This document shows, in pieces, positions 26,601-39,300 of a DNA stretch of 64,000 bases. The stretch is from Gnetum montanum. Lineage: Eukaryota > Plantae > Gnetophyta. Each line of letters begins with the position of its first letter. The stretch's first letter is position 1. The stretch is from the NCBI GenBank assembly GCA_015680685.1, contig MNCI01003070.1:245930-309929 (forward strand). Reading direction: 5' to 3'. Position numbers and translations under genes: made by a program. The notes under the pieces are model-generated. The model did not search any database. It had not been told where the DNA came from and worked only from the letters and a program-made list of their open reading frames with translations.

Positions 26601-28008
26601 AATAGTGGAAGCTTAGCCACCAAGACTACTTTGAGCGTAACCTGCTTCAAAGGTTCTCTCCACTCCTTTTCTAGCCAACCCTTCATCCTGAAATCACTAT
26701 AGAGAGAGGCGAGTATGCATAGGTAGGAACAGTATCCTTCCCTACAATGAGCAATCACGCCTGCTCGCAGGCTCTCAGCAGAGGCAAATTCTTGTAGGGC
26801 TAGCTGTGTTATGGCCAACTCGCCTGATTGATCATGAATCCCACCATCATCAAGATAGAACCTGGTGACTATTAACACTAAGCCAAGCATGGCCAACATT
26901 GCATAACCAAGCAAAGTAAAGACGTGAAACTCACCTGCCAATACAGTAGATGGTCCCCTGTGGGTTCAGAAAGTATGTCGCCACATGGCGCGCAAGGTAT
27001 AATGTGTTATGAGGATGATGACACTAGTATTCCGGCATATCCCAAATCTAGGCCAAGTGCCTCAACCCTGTGGAGTGTTGGGTAGACCCCCCTCCCAACC
27101 TGCTTATGGTCACGTTGTCAAAAAGATATCTCAGGATGCCCCTATTTGTCCCTGGTAGCAAAGCCTCTATTATGCCGAATGCCCACGTCTTATCCAAGGA
27201 GGACCAAACCATGAGACTAAATTGGCTGAAAAGGAATTGTAGGAAATCTTGTGCCCCGTCCCTGAACCAAACTGCTCGATCTCCCAAATGTATCGAGGGA
27301 GGGGGAACGTTGGCCATAGGTCTACCTACATGACATAAGACTCCTTCAAGATCCAAAATGATCAATCTAGACCTTGGCCCTACCCTGCATGGCAGAAACA
27401 GCAAATATTGACATCAAATATGAACATAATACATGCGCAACATAGCAACGCTAAGCCGACCATAAATATAGTGTAACATCATCCCTGTTCATCATAGCAT
27501 AGCAAAGATGCAAAAGCCTAGTGTAGCAAGAACATGCAAGTAACTTAGCGTAGCAACAAAATAACTACCAGCATGCCCAAACAAAAATATGCGCCTACGT
27601 CATACATAACCAAACCCTCCCAAGGGCTTTACGTCACAACATGCCAATGTTAAGCAACTTAAAGGACCCTGGTCTCGTAGTCATGGCAACCATCGTGACA
27701 GTGATGGCCTTGCATGCAACCACAACAAGACCCTTGCACAACAGTGATGATCGAAAGAAAGAGAGACCACAATAGCACAAAAGACAAAATGACATGGCCG
27801 TAGAAAACACAAGTAGTGAAACAAATGAGATACAAATCCAGAGCAGAAAATAGCAGAAGGTGTAAGGAGAAAAGAACGGAGGAGACATAAAAACTCACTG
27901 AGTCAACAGTATGCCCTCCAGCGCCGAAACGCATGCTCGCGGCCCATGCCTCAGAGTCTTCTTCGTCTTCCCAACCTTCACGAGCACCAACTGAGTCTTA
28001 GGAGCCAT
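23650..28008 (-). pseudogene. Element C antisense multi-exon accessory gene (NIF/FCP1-like HAD domain + plant-transposon-protein-like domain + coiled coil)
   Basis: Exons 27384-26935, 26861-26581, 26490-25447, 25335-25031, 24967-24793 and ~24690-23870, separated by short GT..AG introns (last acceptor appears mutated); tentative first exon 28008-27899 (MAPKTQ..) after a TATA-like CCATAAATAG; homologous to 36353-40050. Confidence 0.78.
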
Positions 28009-28894
28009 AGCCTTGCTTGCAGATTTATGACCTTCATCTTAGAAATTTTCCTCGATAATGGATTAACACAATGGCTCCATGTCCCAAGATTGCCGAAGTG
28101 CTCCGACAAGGATTATGTGCCTCTAAGGAAAAAATGGCGAAATTACCAGGATTCAATCCCTATTTATGGCAGTAATAGCAAAATGAGTAAACTTCCTTTC
28201 TCTCTCCCTGATTAAGGGGAGACGCGACGTGCAGTGTAGCATGCTCCCCATGACATCATGACACTATTAGCATTTAAACATCGGCATGCTTCAAGTCAGT
28301 TACTCACCTTCTTGAAAACAAAAATAATATGATAATATTTGTTTTCGATTAAAGGTCTGAAAAGACCTTAAACTAACAAACCTAGCATGATTATGCTCCT
28401 TAGGACTCAAAGATAGCAATTTCGACTCGTAACAACCGTAGCCCACAATGACGTTAAACTAGTTATGCTTCTTACAACAGCAATCACCTAGTGCACCTCG
28501 ACATAGGCGGTAGCATATTTCCTAACAATTTCATGCCTTCATTCCCGCATTGGCCACCCGATACATCTTGTACTCGCAATTTCATTTCTTTTATCATTAT
28601 TTAGCACATCAAGACTTTGCATGTCACAATATGGCAATCCAAAATGATATTAAACTACTGGTTTGGCATCCACATACAACTTCGCACTTTACATCAACAA
28701 TGTCTATATCTTCAACAATTCTAGATTCTTGTGCCTGGGCAATAGACCAAGGCCTTAAACTAGCAAACTCTCAATCTTTACATCGCCTTATTTAGCAAGT
28801 CACATCTCGGTGTTTCTTTGTAGATTTACGTTTCACACAATCTTTGATGATCCTTACCCAGGCTCTCATCTTATGATGGCAGGTCAAGCAAGAG

Positions 28895-31800
28895 ATGGAA
28901 ACCTGCCATGCCATGTCCACGCCTCTAATATTAACAGGGCCACAAGGCAAGCTTGCAAGACAGTTAAACCCCGACGCGATCAACTGGGAGTCGATTGTGA
29001 TTAATACTATAACGACCTTAGAAGCACCCTGGGATTGGCCCAGATACCTAGTCCATGCCCTAGATTTAGAGGTCAGGGATGTAATCAAAGATCCTCTTAT
29101 CGAGATACCCGTAACCATGACAATAATGGAGGTAAATACATTAAGACTTAGCTCCCTCCTATATGCACAAATACATGAGGGCATAGTTAAAACCTTGCAA
29201 GAACACATAGATGTCTTCGCATGGTCATACAACGATATGTCGGGTCTGGATCCATGGTTGATTCAGCATAACATTGTCCTAGACCCCCACGTAAAGGCAG
29301 TCAAGAAAAAGATGCGCAAAATTAAGCCAGAAATCACTCTAGCCATGAAGGATGAAATCACTAAGTTATACCGAGTAGGTTTCATCCACGTAGTCGACTA
29401 TTCAGAGTGGGTGTCCAACATCATTGTGCTTTCGAAGAAAATAGGAGGGATACGAATATGTATAGATTTTCGAGATTTGAACAAGGCAAAGATCAAGGAC
29501 AACTTTCCACTACCGAGCATCGATCAAATCATCGACACCATAGCTGGACATGCTTTGTTATCCTTCATACAACCAAATCTGCATCAACCTAGAACACCAG
29601 TTGTCAACATCCTTCATGACTCCATGGGGGACCTTCTGCTATACCATGATGCCCTTCAGGCTCAAGAATGTTGGGGAAACATACCAGTGAACCATGACCT
29701 ACATCTTCAATAACTATATCCTAGAAACGTTAAACGATTACATAGATGATATAGCAGTTAAGTCTAAAGAGGAAGTCCATCACACGCGCGATCTAGAGTT
29801 AGTCCTCAAGTGCTGTCAAAGGCATGATTTGCATCTTAATCCTAAGAAATGCATCTTCAGAGTAAAGACCGGACACATGTTAGGGTTTGTAGTATCAAAG
29901 GCTGGAATATGGGTGGACGCAGACAAAGTCAAAGCCATCGTCAACCTAGCACCTCCCACAAACCTTAAGGAGTTATGTGGTTTACAAGGCAGAGTGCAAT
30001 TCATTCGAAGGTTTATAGCAAGGTTGACCAATAAGTTACACCCCATGTAACATCTTTTGAAAAAGGGGGTTGACTTCGAGTGGAAAGCCCAATGTCAACA
30101 AGCCTTCGACAACCTAAAGAAAGAGCTCTCACACCTCCCAACAAAGTACCTACCGTAGAGGGACAAGCCTTTCTTCATATACCTTGCCACCTCCAACGCA
30201 TCCATAGCGGCACTACTATGTCAGAAGCAGGATGATGGCTCTGAGATACTAGTGTATTACCTGATCCATGCACTAATATCATACGAGGAAAATTACAACG
30301 AGGTGAAGAGGAACTGCCTAGCCTTAGTGTTCGCACTAAAAAAGTGGCGGCACTACCTATTCCACGGCACAACCAACATCATTTGCAAAAGCAATGTACT
30401 CTAGGCTATCACCGAAAACCTGTACGAAAGTAGCAGGATAACCTGATGGAAGGCCATAACTGCAGAATTTGACCTACATTATGTAAGCCAATCATCAACA
30501 AAGTGCCAAGCCATAGTGACCCAACTCACGGCCTCGCCAGTCAACAATTAGGCAACCATCGATCCTGAGTTCCCAGATGAATATGTTAGCAATGTTACCA
30601 TCGTCCTGCCACATTTTGAGGCAATCTTACACTTCAACCGTGACTCAACCATGCAAGTAGGTAGCGTCGCTGCCATAATCACATTCCTCTCTAGGGAAAT
30701 GTACCCATTTGCTTCTCGCTTCGCATTCTCGTGCACCAACAACGTGGTGGAATACAAGGGGCTACTCAGAGGCCTCTTAACTACCCGCGTGCTGCATGTA
30801 CAACACTTGGCGATCCGGGGAGATTCACAACTAGTCTTGAATCAAATCATCGAAGTCTGCGCCTACAAGGCTACGCATTTGCAACCCTACTGTGACCTAC
30901 CAAAAGTTTTACTGAAACAATTCGTGACCATTGATGTGCAACATGTGCCACGTAACAAGAACACTGTAGCAGACGCCTTAGCTACCCTCGCGTTAAACAT
31001 CCCATCACAATCCTTTGCTAACCTACCAACTGCGATCATAGAATGCACAAAGCCTATCACTTGAGTGGAACACGTGGTGTATGTTGACGCTGTGGACACC
31101 CTGGAGCGGTACAATAACATTAAAGCATATTTACAGCATGGCGAACCCCCAAGTGGATTGACATCAACTTAGAGAGATGCAATCCACAAGTGCGCCTGAC
31201 AATATGTGCTCATGGGAAATGATGCCCTATGCCGGCGATCCTACGATGGGATATTACTGGCATGCGTGGGTGGTGAGTAGGCACAGAAGGTAGTTAATGA
31301 GGTTCATGAAGGGCTGTGTGGTGGACACATAGCATCCAAGGCTATGGCAGCGAAAATCAGATGCCTAGGGTATTATTGGCCCCACATGGAGCACGACTAT
31401 CTGTTGAAAGTTAAGACGTGTGACACATGTTAGAGATATGCAAATTTGATACACATAGCACCTACAAACCTGCACCCAACACAAATTATGTGGCCTTTCC
31501 AATGATGGGGAATAGACCTCATAGGGCCCATCATGCCTAAGTCCTCTGTAGGGCATAGCTTTATTATCACTGCCACAGAGTATTTTACTAAGTGGGTGGA
31601 AGCTATTCCCCTAAGGAAAATGACATCCCAACAAATTTTCCACTTCATCCTCGATAACATCATGACTAGGTTTGGGCTTTCGATGACGATTGTGACCAAC
31701 AATGGATAACAATTCAATAGTAAGGAAACCCAGGCCTTTTGTAGCAACCTAGGCATTAAACAATCATTTTCTTCCCCTTACTATCCACAGACAAATGGGC

Positions 31801-32348
31801 AGGTAGAGGCTACAAATAAGTCCATCATCAACATGCTGAAGCAGATGCTTAACAACAGCAAGAGGCGGTGGCACGAGCAAATACTCTATGTCCTCTGGGC
31901 CTATCGAACGACCTGCAAAACCGCAACAAGTAAGACCCCTTACAGTCTTGTTTATGGATCTAAAGCTGTGTTGCCTCTTGAGTTGCAGGTACGCTTACTT
32001 CGGATGATCCTGTCCAACATCATGAGCGAAGCCCAGAACAATGAATCACGAACCATCGACCTTGACTTAGTGGAGGAGGAACGCGTGCAGACACTAAGAC
32101 GAATCGAGCACTATCAGAATAAACAACAGCAAAAGCATCGTGTAGACTCGCATCGATAGCCAATGTAGAAGGAATACCTCATCCATAAGGTCATCCGTGA
32201 GCATGTAAGTAAGTTCTCAACCAACTGGGAAGGTCCTTACATGGTCGCTAAAGCCTTCGGGAATGGAGCCTTCAAACTGGCAGACATAAACGGCAACGAG
32301 TTCGCCAACCTAGTGAACCATATGTACCTCAAGTTGTACTACGTCTGA
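28895..32348 (+). pseudogene. pol: Element C pol: RT - RNase H - aRH - integrase
   Basis: FAWSYNDMSGLD, IRICIDFRDLN, YIDDI, aRH TNNVVEYKGLL..GDSQLV..HVPRNKNTVADALA, HEGLCGGH, EYFTKWVEA, WEGPY; ends YYV*; stops and frameshifts. Confidence 0.92.
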
Positions 32349-32369
32349 GGCGTAATGACGGCACCAAGC

Positions 32370-32650
32370 ACCATCCACTATGACGATAAACTGGTAGTCG
32401 CACCAAGCAGCATCCGCAATGACAATAAACTAGCAGCACTAAACAACGTCCGCTATGACGATAAACTAGCAACAATCATCCGTGACAACGTAAAATTGGC
32501 ACTGTTAGTCCACTATGACTATAAACTGGCATCGCACGTCCGCCACGACGTAAAACTAGCATGTACGGTTTGTTGGGACCTCAAACTAGCACAGCAGTCC
32601 GTTGGGACCCTAAACCAGCACACGGTCTACCAAGATCTTAAATTGGGTTC
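32370..32650 (+). repeat. Degenerate ~27-33-bp repeats 3' of the C integrase
   Basis: Recurring C(C/G)CTATGACGATAAACTAGC / GACGTAAAACTAGC; ORF 32355..32756 shows the periodic 'DDKL'. Confidence 0.75.
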
Positions 32651-33618
32651 ATGTCGCATCCTCAATATGCACCACCACCACCAAATACACGTTGAACGAA
32701 GAGGCATGATACTAGCACATGGGTGGAACATCGCTGCTCCAGGATGCAGTTCTTGACGTAAGGAGAACACGGTCTGCGCATACGTGCCACCACCATCGGT
32801 GTCATGCTGACCCTTCGAAGACATTGTACGATGTTACACGGGCCCTTCGAACCTACCATCACCACGGCCCATCGCCCTGATGGTAGTTCCCGGGCTTGTT
32901 CCTGCTTCTGAGGTGCTAACAGTTCCCTGCCAAGGTTTTGGCTCGCGCAATGTTCAACTATGTGGTTGCTGATCCCATAGCTGAATTGAGCATGCATTCC
33001 TTTGGTAGGGATTCTAGTGCATTTGTGCCCCCAGTGCCCTAGGGACCAGCTCCCCCCACGATCAGTGCTTCCAAGATCGCTGCTGGCCTCCCTGCTTTGG
33101 GCATCTCACACCAACGATGATGCCTAAGTGTAACAATAATGCTAGCAGCACGCAAGACATCGTCCCCGCAGACGCATCCCCCTACAGTAGCAAAGGCTAC
33201 AACATCGCAAAGTGAGTGTCTCGACTAACATGGTTGTTTGAGAGTACAAATTCTGGCACACACGTAACATAGCTTACCATGCGGAAGGCTTCGATAGGCA
33301 GGTCAGAACCCTCCATGGATGTAATACAGATCATCCTGTGGAGGGGACACTTTCCTACAGGAGGTTGAAGAACAGCACCAGCGAGAGATGAAAATGCAAA
33401 CGAGCCCCTCAGAGCACTCCGACGAGGGACTCGGCTAAACATCATCTCTGCTCTCTACCTTAACCTCTGCAAAACCAATGCAACACCCTCAAGCACAACC
33501 AAGCGATGTCCCAATACTCACCAAGTGATAGCCTCAATGTTTCGCCTACTGTGGTGTTTCATATTCTTTGCTGACATCCATCGAGCTTGTTCTCCAGACA
33601 TTGACAAAGAATGGCCAA

Positions 33619-35428
33619 TGAAACACCCTAAAAAAATGTGGGGTCATCTTGGCCTCACTAGGCTCTTGCAATCTGCACAGCACCGTGGCAGTTCATCAGA
33701 ATAAGAATGTTCTGAGTCCAAGATGGCCAGTTCGGCAAATTTTCTACTTTGGACATGGATAGGCCCTGTACCATCTTGCCCACCCATCAAAGTAGCCCGA
33801 ATAGCCAGCAGACTGCTCAAAAATGGTGTGCAGAATCGGCAGTAGTATCCTGGGTGCACAAAAAGCAGTTTAGTAAGTTTTCTAAGTCACGAAGTGTGCT
33901 ACGCTATGCTACAATATGTAGCATAGCAAGCTTCAGGAAACAATGGTGGAATGAAATGCTACGCTACATAATGTCACATAGTGTAGCATAGTAACGATTT
34001 CACTACCCGCACCCCTCACCCAACTTCAAGTTCTGCAGTGATGTCTCTTTTCGCCAGGAAGCGGCAGACCATTTTTGTTGCTACGCTACGCTAAGCTACA
34101 TGGCACAGCAAGGTGTAGTAATCCTACAGAAGGGACAGAAGGCAGTTCGAAAGGTGAAATCAGCAAAGTTCGCAAAACTTGCATAATAGAAGAATGGGTT
34201 GCAAATTAGCAAAACTATCACGATTAAGGCCAGTCGCTATGCTACGCTACGCTACGTAGCGTAGCATTGTGTAACAAGTATGTGACATATGGCAGGATGC
34301 GCAGCAAGATGCTACGCCACGCCAAGTAAGCCACATCACAAAGCACAGCATGGCATGCAGGTGGTCGTGTGACATCAATGCACTCCACCCAATCGGACTG
34401 TTGGCACATGTCTCTAGGAGCTGACGGTGTAGTTGCGATGTAGTAGGATCATAGTTATTGCATGGAAGGCTCACATCGCAATGGTCTTGTAAGCCCAACG
34501 ATCATAGACGGCTCAAGTAACACTAGTGAGGTAGCACAAGTTTGCGGCATGTAGCATTCAAATGGTCCCTTTTGCTTACCTTCAACCCTATAAATATCCT
34601 TGCAAACATCACACAAAAGATCCGAAAAATTTTTTGGGCTAAAAAAAGAAAGGTACCTACGATTTGGCAAAAAAGAAAAGAAAGAAGCCAGTAATCTGTA
34701 AAGTTAGCAATTTCGAAAGGGGGTTCACGTCCTCCTCTATTTTTTGCCAGCGTTGTAACAATCATACCCATCTATTTAACACTATAAATAGAGAACCTCT
34801 CCCGGCTGGCGTAAGGTTTCGATCTTCGTTCTACCACCTTGGTAGGATCCCGCATTGTTTGTACGTGAAGTCCGTGCCCAAGCGCATAACTCTTTCTGCT
34901 TCTTGGCATGCTTCAGTTACCCTTAGAACTTCTTCACTCTATCACACTGTGCAGCTGATTGTGTCCACCCTAACCTGATGGATTTGTAGCTCTGAAGTAG
35001 TGCATGTTTCTAACTGTATCTGACTTTACCTCTCATTTACTGTCTAGCTTTCTTGCATTATTTTTTGTCTTATTTACCTTCAAGCATCATCTCGTATTAC
35101 TGCCGCATTTACGTTTCTCATGTTTAGCATGACTTCGTATTACCATTGCATCTCTACTTTATTCATTATTTCACATTACTGATGCATTTTTACAATTTCT
35201 TTCTTTTCTGCCATATCTACCCTTAAGCATTATCTCACAATTCGTACAATTTATATTGCAAAAAGGCTATATTTATGCCGATGTAAGTCCCTGTCTGATT
35301 GACCAGACCGTTCAAGGCACCCTGTGTTCGCACACACCCAGCACTGCCCTCCCTTGGGCACAGGGTTGGAACTATTGTGTCCATCGACTCCAATGTTCTT
35401 CCAGCCGCCAACGTTTTTGGTCGCTACA
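33619..35428 (+). repeat. Element C 3' LTR
   Basis: Co-linear with the 5' LTR; preceded by a degenerate PPT (AAAGAATGGCCAA). Confidence 0.95.
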
Positions 35429-35844
35429 ACGTGACTTGCAAATTTTTTTGCCCAGGGTAGCAAGGTTTATAGTCTTCCTGGAAACATGAATATAGGCAAT
35501 GGAAGAAGTGAAACCAGTGTGGATTGAGAGGGTTTTTGCTGGGAAAGGCATCGTGGGTGCCAGAGAGAGGCATCGTGAGTGGTTGGCTAGGCCTCAGCAT
35601 GAGTTGGGAAGGCTTGTTCTCCTTGGCAATATGGCAAGTGGTTTGAATGCAGGGCAAGATCCCTAGGGGAAGTTGCAGGTTCCAGCGTGACCTATAATGT
35701 GGGACGCTAGTATGATTGTTGGAAAAGAATATCCAACGTGAGCTGCTGGTGAGGAGGCCTAGCGTGACTTGCTGGTGGGAAGGGAAGGCCTAGCGTGACT
35801 TGCTGGTGGGAAGGCAAGGCATGAATTGTTGATGGTAAGGCTTA

Positions 35845-36063
35845 ACGTGACTTGGTTGCAGGGGAAAATGTGACTTCATTACAGGGAAGGTCCAACATGA
35901 CTTGGTTGCAGGGAAGGTCCAACGTGACTTGGTAGCAAGGAAAGTCCAACATGACTTCGTTGCAGGGAAAGTCCAATGTGACTTGGTTGCAGGGAAGGTC
36001 CAACATAACTTGGTTTCAGGGAAGGTCCAATGTGACTTGGTGGTGGGGAAGGACCAACGTGAG
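35845..36063. repeat. 27-bp tandem repeat (~8 copies) in the B spacer
   Basis: Unit GACTTGGTTGCAGGGAAGGTCCAACGT; gives 9-aa periodic ORFs in several frames. Confidence 0.9.
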
Positions 36064-36352
36064 CCATGCATTGCTATTGGATACCCATTATTTTCCAATT
36101 TCATGTTTATATCGTTTATTTGTTTTCCCGAGTATTTATGTTTTGCATTTTTATGTGGGTTTATCATGGCATGAATTCCAATGTATCCCAGTGAGCATCA
36201 AATACACTAAATAGATGTTATTGTCCTTATTTCGTGGTGTGAAGCTAGAGATTCAAAGTATCTATTTATGTGATTTTTGATTTTATGTGGTTTTGCCCTA
36301 TGGTTAACACTTAAAATTTTTTCTTTTACCTAATGTTTTTGGCCATGTGCAG

Positions 36353-39300
36353 GGAACCCAAATCTTGTCTTCTAGTGGTTGAGCTTGTTGGGGTACTTGC
36401 TTGGTTTGGCCCCCTTGGACCGGACACACCTCCCTATGACCTACACATCGGGCCTCATGTGATATGGTTTCATCCTGGTGTCAGTTCATTTTTGTCTTTA
36501 ATCTTGTAGCATTTTAGTGTGGTCATATGGTCTCATTTGAGTGAATAATTAGCTCATGATATCATTGAGACAGCATTGCCCGGGTCCACACAAGGCATGC
36601 TTGCCTTTGTTACTAATATTGATGAGGGACTTTTCAAGGTTGTAGGAGGCCCTACTGAAGGTCCTAGATCTACACATCCCTTGACTCGTGTATGGGAGAT
36701 GCCAACATGTAGTCACTACAATAGTAGCAACACACTTTTCCTAGCTCTCTGTGTGCACACTCTATTCTAGAACCCCATGGGATAGTACACAAAGTGGACA
36801 GGTATGCTCCCTTGTATTTTATTTTGTGACTCTATTTTAAATTTTATGTCATCACCTAAATGTAAATGTTGTTTTTCTATGTAGGCCCCATTTTGATGGG
36901 TATGGGATGCACGATGATGATGGTGGGCTTGCCTTAATGTGCACAGTGCTAGAGACGTTTATGGCAAGCCCTGTTCTTTATGCTACAGTATTGGATCAGA
37001 CAAAGATGGCTCTCATTGACTGCCATAGGAAATTTTCAAGAGCCTTTGAACTTTGCCAAGCTCAAGGTTGGTTGCATGAGGAATGGTCTTTCAATGGGTC
37101 AATCTTTCCTCAAAGAATTGATCCAGCACCTACCCCGCCTATGCTACTTACTGATGGTAAATGGCCATACCCTAGACTTCATTTTCTCTTCCTTTTAGTT
37201 ACATTATCATTTACCATGTTTTTAACCTTTTTTTATCTATGTTTTCTATTTACAGTAGCCATCCCTCCTGAAGAAATCACCGTTATAATGGGGCGCACTG
37301 AGGCCACCCTTTTCATGAAATTTGGGGAGGTGGAGCAATCACAAAAGTGGTTGTGAAGGGGAGCTTCGAAGTTGACCATCAGTCACCTTACCCAAGCAGG
37401 TCTGATGGGCTTGTTTTTAGCTTTAACTCCTAGCATTCTGACTACTAAGATGGTTATCATTATTGATTCCTTCAATGATGATGCTTCCTATTTTAGCACG
37501 TGGGTCTGAGGGGTCAAGGTATCTTTCCATTTAACCACCAAATTCATGTTTGACCTTTTTGGTGTGCCCATTGATGGTGCCACGGTGGCCATACATAAAG
37601 CAACCAAGGAGGACCAAGTTATAAAAGAACTGGAGGAATGGTTAGGTGTATCTCGCGGTCATAAAGGTTTTGCTATGCAAAATGACACCCAATTAGTGGA
37701 GGTGAACTTTCTATATCCTCTTTTCCAGGCAAGGGAATTCCCTAAATCTCTTTCTCAAGGGAGAAATCTTGGGATCAAGTCTGCACACATCATACGTGTA
37801 GTCTTAGAGACAGGCCAACGCTACAATTGGACACATTTTCTTGTAGCTGGTTTTCATGGGGAGATTATCAAGTTACGTTTAAATACCCATGCTAAATCCC
37901 ATTTCACTTTTGCCTTCTTTGAGGGGTATTTACGTAGGTTTTCTGAGTTCTTAGTGGTTTACGATGATACCCATCATGTTTTGAGGGACCATTCACAATT
38001 GTCTCATCCATGGGTTTGCCATGTATTTAGCATCACTAGATCTCAGGATCCATCAGAAGAAATTGAGGAATCCGCATTAGTTACCAATGGAGGTGTGGTT
38101 ACCTATTCCCATCATTTCCATGATAGCTTGGGATTGGAATCACCTAGGCTACACACATCTATGAAAAGGGCTGAACATTTAATTGGCGAGACCATTGGAA
38201 AGTCCAAGATGAAGGTGAAGAGGAAAGAACGTCCAAGGGAGCCTACCCCGGATGTGATACCACCAAGAGTAAAGAAGATTCGTTTTGTATTGCCAATGGA
38301 AAGTAAGTATTTTTTTTATTTTTATAAATTATTTTTTATTTTTTGTTTTTGATCTATATATTATGTATACTATGTTATGCTAACTCTAAGATTTTGGAAT
38401 CATCAGAGAAAAGTGTTGAGAGAGAGAGAGAGAGAGAGAAACTTTGACCCCGATGGCTGATCCTAAAGTGATTGTCATAGGGCCAGAAGAAGAAGCGAAG
38501 GGAAGAGAAGAAACAATCAAAGAATGTCCCACCTCACAAGAGGAAGATGTGACAGGCATCATGGGGACCAAGCTTGCAGAGGCTATGGATGCATCCAGGC
38601 AACCCAACGATGAAAGGGATGTTCTTGATGGCTTCTTCAATCGATCTTTATAGCTTGGTGATTTGCCCCAACCAAGCGGCAAAGGGATTTTTGGTATGTT
38701 CCTTTCAGCACGATCTATGTCTTTGTACCCTTTAATTTTCATGCGTTGCTCTTAATTATTTTGATTGTTTCTAGCATCAGAGGTAAACGCTAAAACTTCT
38801 GAGGCACACGCATCTCAGGTAGAGATATCAGGAACATAGATTCTAATCGACGTGACCTTCCCTACTCGTCCTACATGAACCGATTAGTTACGACCATGGC
38901 CTGAGATGCTTAGTAAGCTAGACTTTGTTAAAGGCATCGTTGGTGATATTGTTGCTCGCCTACAAGAAGTTCATCTAGAACTAGGTATGTGTATGTCATG
39001 CATTGTGCTTAGTGTTTGGGTTCATTGTTGATTACAGGTGATTTATGTGTGTGGTGTTTACACCTACAAGTGCCAAGCTTCAGTGGGATCCCTCTGAAGC
39101 TACCCACATTGATGCTCTCCCTGAAGTGCTAGGGAATGTTGAGCAAGTCCCAAGGAATGTGTATGATGCGGTCTCTGGTTACGTCGTACAGAACACCAAG
39201 TCGCTTTGGACTTGTAGGCGTTCAGTTGAGTACTTATGGGATGAAGTGCATTCATTGAAAGAAGCACTAGCAAAGGAGAGAGAGAAGAATGAGGATCTCC

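Larger units (their letters stand above)
16860..35428 (+). mobile_element. Element C: full-length Tat-lineage Ty3/Gypsy retrotransposon (18.6 kb) nested in B
   Basis: LTRs 16860-18657 and 33619-35428 (TGAAACACC...CTACA); TSD ACATG/ACGTG (one CpG-type mismatch); PBS; gag-PR; RT-RH-aRH-INT. Confidence 0.95.

Noticed and set aside
23650-28008. Antisense gene as a host gene or separate DNA transposon inserted into C
   Set aside because: No TIR/TSD found, and a diverged homolog sits at the same position and orientation in B, indicating inheritance with the element
38419-38440. (GA)n microsatellite as a regulatory GAGA element
   Set aside because: Lies in an acidic low-complexity exon of the B antisense gene and is not conserved in C
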